Shown here: positions 30,436-35,678 of the stretch, piece by piece | How the letters are laid out: each line of letters starts with the position of its first letter | How positions within the stretch are numbered: the stretch's first letter is position 1 | Origin: Actinomycetota bacterium | GTDB taxonomy: Bacteria > Actinomycetota > Acidimicrobiia > IMCC26256 > PALSA-610 | Direction of reading: 5' to 3' | Assembly: GCA_046727335.1 (NCBI GenBank) | Contig: JBKPCL010000036.1 | Coordinates: 1-35,678, forward strand | DNA length: 35,678 nt | The notes under the pieces: generated by a model | Told to the model about the DNA's origin: nothing | The model's input: only the letters and a program-made list of their open reading frames with translations | Database searches by the model: none | Made by a program: the position numbers and the translations under genes

Positions 30436-31974
30436 CGGCGACGGCGCGAAGCCGGTGAGATGTGAATCGTGGTGGAACATCGGCCACGACCCGATGCCCC
30501 CGACGCCCGAACCACTGGAACCGCTGATCTCGTAATGACCGATCACGCCTTGGTTGCCGCTGGTGTATCCGGCCACGGTGATGCCGATGGTGCCGTTCGG
30601 GTCGCGCGTCACGAGCGGCGAGCTTTGGAACCCTTCGAAGTTCGTTCCGGGAAGAGCTCCCAGGTTGGTGCCGGTGCGGCCGTCGAACATGTACACACCG
30701 GCGGTGGTCGGCACGAGCACGTCTTGGCGGCCGAGATTCCGCAGGTCCGCGGTGACGACCGAACCGATCACCCGGCCCGGCGCGCCGCGGTGCCAGATCG
30801 TCGTACCGTTCGCACCGTTCAGCGCCCACACCGCGCCGCCGACTCCGTTGTCGGTGCCCTCGATGACCTGAAGTTGCCGATTGCCGAGCACGTCGGCCAG
30901 CGCCGGACTCGACGTCGTGACGCCATCGAGCGCGGCGTTCCAGAGCAATGCGCAGTTGCTGAGATTCACCGCGAGCAGATGGTTCGTCGTGCCGCGGTGG
31001 TAGTACGCGCCGGTACCGAACACCGCCGCCATCGTCGCGGTGGCCGTGAACTGGCCGACTGCCGGTGAGGACTGGACCACTTCGTCGGTGTTGAACTGGC
31101 ACACCAGACCGCCGTTCGCCTGCGGCTGGCCGAGGTTGCCCGTCCGGCGCAGCACGCGCAGATGCCCGCCGTTCTGGTACTGGTAGCCGAAGGCGAGGCC
31201 CGCGGTCGAGTCACCGCCTTCGATGATCTCGAGTTGCCCATCGTGGAAGACGTCGGCCAGCGCGGGCGTCGTGAAATTCGAGTCGGCTTGGAACCACGGG
31301 AAGCCCGCGAGCGTGGCGCCGTTGACCGCGTTGAACACGGATTGCCACTGCCCCATCGAGCCGCTGACGACGTCGACGCCGCCCTGCAGGTTGCCGACCG
31401 CGAGCGACGAGCGAACACCGTGGGGATCGGCACCTCCCGGAGCGGTCGCCGGGACGAGCCACTGGTTCGCGCCGTTGGGCCGAATGGCGCGATAGCCGCC
31501 GAGGTTCGGGTGGTCCGGAGCGCCGGTGCCGATGAACACGGAGTCGGTGCCGCCCGCGTTGATCGCAGCGACCGACGGCGTGGAATCGACCGCGGCGCCC
31601 GCGTTGAACGGCCAGCCGCCCACTGCCGAGCCGTCCGCGAGATGGAAGGCGTAGACGCGTCCCGCGTGGTCGCCCACGACGACCGACGGCCGTCCGTCGA
31701 GGTTCGCGACGTTTGGTGACGAGAGCCCGACGGGTGCACCCGCGTCATTGAGCGCGTGGGACCAGATCAGCGTCGGTGTGCCGGCCGCCGCGACGCCAGC
31801 CCGAGGTGCGGCATTTCCGACAGCCGGCGAGGTGAAGGGCATCGACGCCAACGCCACGAGCACGCTCGCTGTCAGCACGCGTCGCGTCGCGCGCTTGAGG
31901 CACCAGCTGAGCCCCACAGTCACCCTCCCGATCAGCACCGGCGGAAAACCGTAACAGTCCAACTGCCTCGGCAC
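29692..31974 (-). CDS. Secreted double-propeller protein: N-terminal FG-GAP/PQQ-like beta-propeller plus seven C-terminal 42-aa GYW...DGGIF.FG.A.FYGS repeats
   Basis: Signal-like segment VLTASVLVALASMPFTSPAVGNA. FG-GAP-like blades include SSPNVANLDGRPSVVVGDHAGRVYAF, TTPALADVFHDGQLEIIEGGD, SSPALADVLGNRQLQVIEGTD and VVTADLRNLGRQDVLVPT. The C-terminal repeats are nearly identical. The exact start is uncertain (an internal GTG is possible). Confidence 0.85.
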   Translation of the reverse strand: MPRQLDCYGFPPVLIGRVTVGLSWCLKRATRRVLTASVLVALASMPFTSPAVGNAAPRAGVAAAGTPTLIWSHALNDAGAPVGLSSPNVANLDGRPSVVVGDHAGRVYAFHLADGSAVGGWPFNAGAAVDSTPSVAAINAGGTDSVFIGTGAPDHPNLGGYRAIRPNGANQWLVPATAPGGADPHGVRSSLAVGNLQGGVDVVSGSMGQWQSVFNAVNGATLAGFPWFQADSNFTTPALADVFHDGQLEIIEGGDSTAGLAFGYQYQNGGHLRVLRRTGNLGQPQANGGLVCQFNTDEVVQSSPAVGQFTATATMAAVFGTGAYYHRGTTNHLLAVNLSNCALLWNAALDGVTTSSPALADVLGNRQLQVIEGTDNGVGGAVWALNGANGTTIWHRGAPGRVIGSVVTADLRNLGRQDVLVPTTAGVYMFDGRTGTNLGALPGTNFEGFQSSPLVTRDPNGTIGITVAGYTSGNQGVIGHYEISGSSGSGVGGIGSWPMFHHDSHLTGFAPSPPPIVGMAAKPDGSAYWLAANNGGVYTCGPTACGAAAGATHLNRPIVGIAATPTSKGYWKVASDGGIFTAGDAHFYGSTGAIRLHRPIVGMVGTPNGGGYWLVASDGGIFAFGNAHFYGSTGAIRLNRPIVGMAATPNGGGYWMVASDGGIFAFGNAHFYGSTGAIRLNRPIVGMSKTPTGGGYWLVASDGGIFAFGNAHFYGSTGAIRLNRPIVGMASTPNGGGYWFVASDGGIFAFGNAKFHGSLG

Positions 31975-32003
31975 GCGGAGGCGCGCGCCGCCGCAGTGCC
32001 GAG

Positions 32004-33224
32004 TCAGGAAAGGGAAAAACGCGAGCCGGCGGCCTTGCGCAACGCCGCATTCGGCTGCTCTGGGAGACGTGTCAACGGTGTTGCGATCTCGTCGACCGTC
32101 GGGCCGTATTTCGCGGCGAGCGGTGCGAGCGCGTCGAGGTCGAAGTCGTAGAGCTCCGCGGCGTTGCCTCCGAGCACCGCGCGCAGTTCATCTTGGCCGA
32201 CGGCGTGGAAGACCGCGCGCAGACTCTCCTTCGAGTACGGCGCGGTCCCTTCGTCGTGCGGATAGTCACTTCCCCACATGAACCGACCGGGCGCCATCAC
32301 GTTGCGTGCTTCCCAATCGTCGGGACCGGGGAAGCTCGCGCCGACCCAACAGTTCTGCTGGAAGTACTCCGTCGCCGAGCGCGGGAGCGCGTTCTCGGCC
32401 GTGTACTTCAACTCGCCGATCGCACCCTTGCGCACGCTGGCGATGATGCCGTCGAGCTGCTCGAGCAGCGGCGGAAAGGCGGCGGCTGAACCCTCGGTGA
32501 TCACGAACTTGAGACGCGGGAAGCGTTCGAAGACACCCGACAAGAGCATGTGGACGAAGGGTCGCATGCCGTAGAAGCCGACCTCGCTGATCATGATCAT
32601 CGGGACCGACGGGAACTTCCCGTAGTCCGGTGAGCCGGTGCCGGAATGAAGGTTGACCGGCACGTCGAGATCCTGGAGCGCGGCCCACAAGCGGTCGTAG
32701 TCAGGGTGGTACAGCGGCTTCACCCATTTGACGTCGGGCGCGACCGTCGGCAGGAGCACACCACCGCGCAGCCCATGCTGCTTGATCCACGTGGCGTCTT
32801 CGATCGCGTCGTCGACGTCGTTCAGGAAGATCTGGCCGATGCCGGCGCGCTGCGCGGGCTTGCGGGCACAGAAGTCGACGAGCCACCGGTTGTGCGCATG
32901 GATGCCCGCGCGGCGATGCGCGTACTCCTCGGGCTTCGGTGGCCCGGCGAAGAGTACGAACCCCGGGTAGAACGGCGGCACGGTGTTCGGGAACAGGACC
33001 TCACCGACGACGCCGTCGGCGAGCTGATCGGCGTCGCGTCGCTCGTCATCCCAGTTGCGCACGCGCAGGTTGGTGTCGCGCAAGTCCTTCCACGGGTTCT
33101 TGTACTTCCCGCGCCAGGCGTCGAAGTCGTCGCGGAACGACGGGTCGAGATACTCCCGGTACGTCTCGTGGTTGGCGCCGGCGTGCGTGTCGGCCGAGAT
33201 GATCGTGTATCGGGACTCCGTCAT
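32004..33224 (-). CDS. Metal-dependent hydrolase/decarboxylase of the amidohydrolase_2 (ACMSD/LigW-like) family
   Basis: Preferred start is the ATG at 33224 (MTESRYTIISADTHAG...). The C-terminal motif is FMWGSDYPHDEG. It is a paralogue of 34788..35678. The 139-codon 5' extension of the raw ORF overlaps the TetR gene and is Arg/Gly-rich. Confidence 0.85.
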   Translation of the reverse strand: MTESRYTIISADTHAGANHETYREYLDPSFRDDFDAWRGKYKNPWKDLRDTNLRVRNWDDERRDADQLADGVVGEVLFPNTVPPFYPGFVLFAGPPKPEEYAHRRAGIHAHNRWLVDFCARKPAQRAGIGQIFLNDVDDAIEDATWIKQHGLRGGVLLPTVAPDVKWVKPLYHPDYDRLWAALQDLDVPVNLHSGTGSPDYGKFPSVPMIMISEVGFYGMRPFVHMLLSGVFERFPRLKFVITEGSAAAFPPLLEQLDGIIASVRKGAIGELKYTAENALPRSATEYFQQNCWVGASFPGPDDWEARNVMAPGRFMWGSDYPHDEGTAPYSKESLRAVFHAVGQDELRAVLGGNAAELYDFDLDALAPLAAKYGPTVDEIATPLTRLPEQPNAALRKAAGSRFSLS

Positions 33225-33253
33225 GAGGGTGCTCCCAAACGGATCGAGGGGCG

Positions 33254-33266
33254 AGAATCCGATTCT
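33254..33266. promoter_or_regulatory. Palindrome AGAATC-C-GATTCT in the 45-bp amidohydrolase/TetR divergent region (candidate TetR operator)
   Basis: Perfect 6+1+6 inverted repeat. A further GATTCT lies at 33274-33279 and a GGTTCT at 33280-33285. Confidence 0.4.
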
Positions 33267-33269
33267 AGT

Positions 33270-33896
33270 ATGAGATTCTGGTTCTCGTCTAGGCTGGGCG
33301 CCGTGGTCGACTCGTCTGTTGCGCCCGCGGACCCGCAGGCGCTTCCCCGCACCCAGCAAGAGCGGCGCCAGCGGATCATCGCCGCCGCCATCGCGCTGCT
33401 CGAAGGCGGCGAGTACGACACGATTCAGATGCGGGACGTCGCGGAGCGCGCCGGAGTGGCCCTGGCGACGATCTACCGGTACTTCACGTCGAAGGAACAC
33501 CTCTACGCCGCCGCGCTTCTGCTCTGGGCCGCCGACTACCCGCTGGAGAGCCGAACGTTCGATCGCACGAACGACAACGACGAGACACGAATTCGCGCGC
33601 TCATGCGGCGCGCGGTGCGCGCCTTCGAACGTCATCCTCAAATGATGCGCGCCCTGATCGTGCTGGAGAGCTCGAACGATCCCAACGCGCGAGCGCTGTT
33701 CCAGGAGTTCGCCAAGCGCAACGTCGACACGCTGATGGCGGCACTCAGGGGTATGGATCCGGACACCGCCGGCGCCGTCGTCGAAACCGCGAACGCAGTG
33801 ATGGTCACCCGCCTGCGCTCGTGGGCACTGGGCCGCTGCTCGATACGCGACGTCGACCGATCAGTGCAGCGCGCGCTCGACCTGATCTTCGTGTAG
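33270..33896 (+). CDS. TetR/AcrR-family transcriptional regulator
   Basis: HTH region IQMRDVAERAGVALATIYRYFTSKEHLY. The start may be the ATG at 33270 or the GTG at 33304; if the latter, the operator-like repeats are fully intergenic. Confidence 0.85.
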   Translation: MRFWFSSRLGAVVDSSVAPADPQALPRTQQERRQRIIAAAIALLEGGEYDTIQMRDVAERAGVALATIYRYFTSKEHLYAAALLLWAADYPLESRTFDRTNDNDETRIRALMRRAVRAFERHPQMMRALIVLESSNDPNARALFQEFAKRNVDTLMAALRGMDPDTAGAVVETANAVMVTRLRSWALGRCSIRDVDRSVQRALDLIFV

Positions 33897-33904
33897 CTCG
33901 CGCG

Positions 33905-34795
33905 TCAGAGATTGTGATGGGGCGGCAATTCGCCCGCGGCGATCGCGTCGGCGCGCGCGTGCAGGAGTGACCCTGCGTCCTCCAGGTTGTGCCCGATGAC
34001 GAACCGGCCTTCCTTGACCTGCGAGACGACGAAGCGGCCGAGCTCGCCGAGGTCGGCAAGGTCCGCGTTCATGCCCGCCGCCGCGAGTCGCTCCCGGAAC
34101 TGCTCGAAGGTGAGTACGGGGCCCGGCGTGTGCTCCCACACGCGCTGCAGGTCGGCCGGACGATTGCGTTGTGCCGACCACAAGCCCGTGTCGAGCAGGC
34201 CACCAGACGGATAGAAGACCGCGGCGCGCAGGTTCGTGTCGTTGTCTGCAAGCTGATGCGCGAGCGACTCGGTGAAGCAACTGATCGCGGCCTTGCTCGC
34301 GGCGTACACCGATGCATACGGGACTGGCGCAATGCCGCCGTCTCCGGAAGACGTGTTGACGATGACCCCCGGCTCACCCGACTCGATCATGCGCGGGACG
34401 AACGCCAGCACTCCGTTGGCGACTCCGAACACGTTGACGCCGAAGCACCACTTCCAGTCGTTCGGCTCCTGCTCCCACGGCACTCCGCCGCCGCCGGACG
34501 TGACGCCGGCGTTGTTGAAGAGCAGGTGACACGCGCCGTCGCGATCGAACACCGACTTCGCGAGCGAGTCGACCGACGCGAAGTCGGAGACGTCGGTACG
34601 GATGCCACGTACCTCGCCCCGGCTCGCGAGCTCTTCCACCGTTCGGTCGAGCACCGGCCTTTCGATGTCCGCGATGACAACGCGCACGCCTTCGTCGAGC
34701 AGCGCTTCGACAATCCCGCGCCCGATCCCGCCGGCTCCGCCGGTGACGACTGCCACCCTCCCGCGCAGGTCGTGCAGGCCGCGCGCCTCACCCAC
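33905..34795 (-). CDS. Short-chain dehydrogenase/reductase (classical SDR)
   Basis: GTG start at 34795, overlapping the upstream stop by 8 nt (GTGGGTGA). Motifs are VAVVTGGAGGIGRGI, NNAG and YAASKAA. Confidence 0.85.
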   Translation of the reverse strand: MGEARGLHDLRGRVAVVTGGAGGIGRGIVEALLDEGVRVVIADIERPVLDRTVEELASRGEVRGIRTDVSDFASVDSLAKSVFDRDGACHLLFNNAGVTSGGGGVPWEQEPNDWKWCFGVNVFGVANGVLAFVPRMIESGEPGVIVNTSSGDGGIAPVPYASVYAASKAAISCFTESLAHQLADNDTNLRAAVFYPSGGLLDTGLWSAQRNRPADLQRVWEHTPGPVLTFEQFRERLAAAGMNADLADLGELGRFVVSQVKEGRFVIGHNLEDAGSLLHARADAIAAGELPPHHNL

Positions 34796-35678
34796 TCCAG
34801 CGCACCTGGTACTCGTCCTTCCACCACTCCGCGGCGCGGATCTCTTCCGGCGTCGTGACGCGCGTGACGTCCTGGCCGAGGTCGGCGGGCGTCGGTCCGA
34901 TGCGGTTACCGATCGGCGCCAACGCCGCGAGGTCGAAGCCGTAGCAACGCGCGGCGGTGTCGCCGAGCATCTTGCGCGTGTCCCCCACCGGTACGTCGCC
35001 GAAGTCCTTTCGTAGCCGTTCGACCGTGTTCGGCCACGTGCCTTCGGGATGCGGATAGTCGGTGCCCCACATCGCAACGTCGCATCCGATGCTGTGACGC
35101 CGGCGGATCTCCTCCTTCGACATCGTCGACGCGCCGACGAAGATGTTCTCGCCGAAGTACTCCGACGGCAACTTCGAGAGAATGCCTTTCATCAGCGCCG
35201 CCATCTTCTTCGTGGTGTGGCCGCCGCCGAGGTACTGATCCCACTTCCACTTCATGTCGGCGACCCAGTACGACGCGCCCTCCGTGACGACGAACTTCAG
35301 ACCCGGATAGCGCTCGAACGCGCCGCTGAAGAGCAGGTGCGCGATCGGGCGGTGCGTCCAGAACACGACCTCGGCCAGGTAGATGCCGATGAACTCGTTC
35401 ATCTCCTCGCGCGGCGCCTCGCCGGAGTGCACATGCACCGGGAAGTTCGCGGCCTGGCACGCAGCCCACACCGGGTCGTAGGCGGGATCGTTGTACGGCG
35501 TGTGGTCGCGCCACATCGTCGGGATCATGATTCCCCGGATCCCGGGGTGCTCGGCGAGCCACTCGACCTCGGCGACCGCGCGCTCGACGCCGTGCGTGAT
35601 CGGAACGAGGCCGACACCGGCGCGACGATCAGGGCTCGAGGCGCACAGCTCGACAAGAAAGCGATTGTGGGCGCGCGC
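34788..35678 (-). CDS. Amidohydrolase_2-family metal-dependent hydrolase, 5'-truncated by the window edge
   Basis: The frame is open to nt 35678 (...GLVPITHGVERAVAEVEWLAEHPGIRGIMIPTMW...). AMWGTDYPHPEG motif. It shows paralogy to 32004..33224 (LLSGVFERFPRLKFVITEG vs LFSGAFERYPGLKFVVTEG). Confidence 0.85.
   Translation of the reverse strand, partial: ARAHNRFLVELCASSPDRRAGVGLVPITHGVERAVAEVEWLAEHPGIRGIMIPTMWRDHTPYNDPAYDPVWAACQAANFPVHVHSGEAPREEMNEFIGIYLAEVVFWTHRPIAHLLFSGAFERYPGLKFVVTEGASYWVADMKWKWDQYLGGGHTTKKMAALMKGILSKLPSEYFGENIFVGASTMSKEEIRRRHSIGCDVAMWGTDYPHPEGTWPNTVERLRKDFGDVPVGDTRKMLGDTAARCYGFDLAALAPIGNRIGPTPADLGQDVTRVTTPEEIRAAEWWKDEYQVRWSG

Noticed and set aside
29707-30465. 252-aa plus-strand ORF with its own striking internal repeat (...HADDRTVQADRAGRAVEVRVPEREDP...)
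   Set aside because: The periodicity is the antisense image of the 126-bp coding repeat on the minus strand. The composition is Arg/Asp/Val-rich, with no start context.
33225-33641. Long 5' extensions of raw ORFs (32004..33641, 33905..35077, 20697..21761, 16946..17023, 14683..14808, 10294..10362, 14539..14601, 10396..10467)
   Set aside because: The extensions overlap neighbouring genes or are Arg/Ser-rich. Internal starts have RBS motifs and yield proper signal peptides, lipoboxes or family N-termini.
1-35678. Search for tRNA/rRNA genes, IS elements, integrases, toxin-antitoxin pairs, restriction-modification or other defence genes, and prophage genes
   Set aside because: I found no T-loop/anticodon-arm-like structures, terminal inverted repeats, DDE/recombinase, nuclease/helicase/ATPase or methyltransferase motifs in any frame. 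The window shows no mobile-element hallmarks of a mobile or defence island.

Overview
High-GC (about two-thirds G+C) chromosomal segment. It looks actinobacterial because it carries MMPL transporters, mycothiol/DinB-fold enzymes, lipoproteins and GTG/TTG starts. I saw no rRNA, tRNA, CRISPR, transposase, integrase or recognisable defence genes. The window splits into three parts.

(1) nt 2-16.6k is a cell-surface glycan locus. A membrane-embedded processive GT2 synthase is translationally coupled upstream to a large secreted protein with five concanavalin-A-like modules, and downstream to a GT-C-like membrane protein. Around them sit two DUF1996 paralogues (one fused to a 42-aa-repeat propeller), a second lectin-module protein with an Ig-like domain and a Ser/Thr linker, a GH5-like lipoprotein with a 13-proline tether, a MOP-type flippase-like protein and a PLC/AcpA phosphoesterase. 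This accessory set is mostly uncharacterised and is the best candidate for an undescribed system.

(2) nt 17-27.5k holds housekeeping and efflux genes: a full-length MMPL, a TauD-DinB pair, a MarR-MDMPI operon divergent from an internally deleted mini-MMPL coupled to a DHA2 MFS pump, an aldo/keto reductase, a DsbA-like protein with a degenerate CPQS site, and a CPA2 antiporter.

(3) nt 27.5-35.7k holds a frameshifted ammonium transporter with no glnK, flanked by two paralogous small bitopic proteins. It is followed by a double-propeller secreted protein whose C-terminus is a near-perfect 126-bp tandem array, then a TetR-controlled amidohydrolase/SDR catabolic cluster.

All functional calls rest on motifs read by eye. 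No database search was run.
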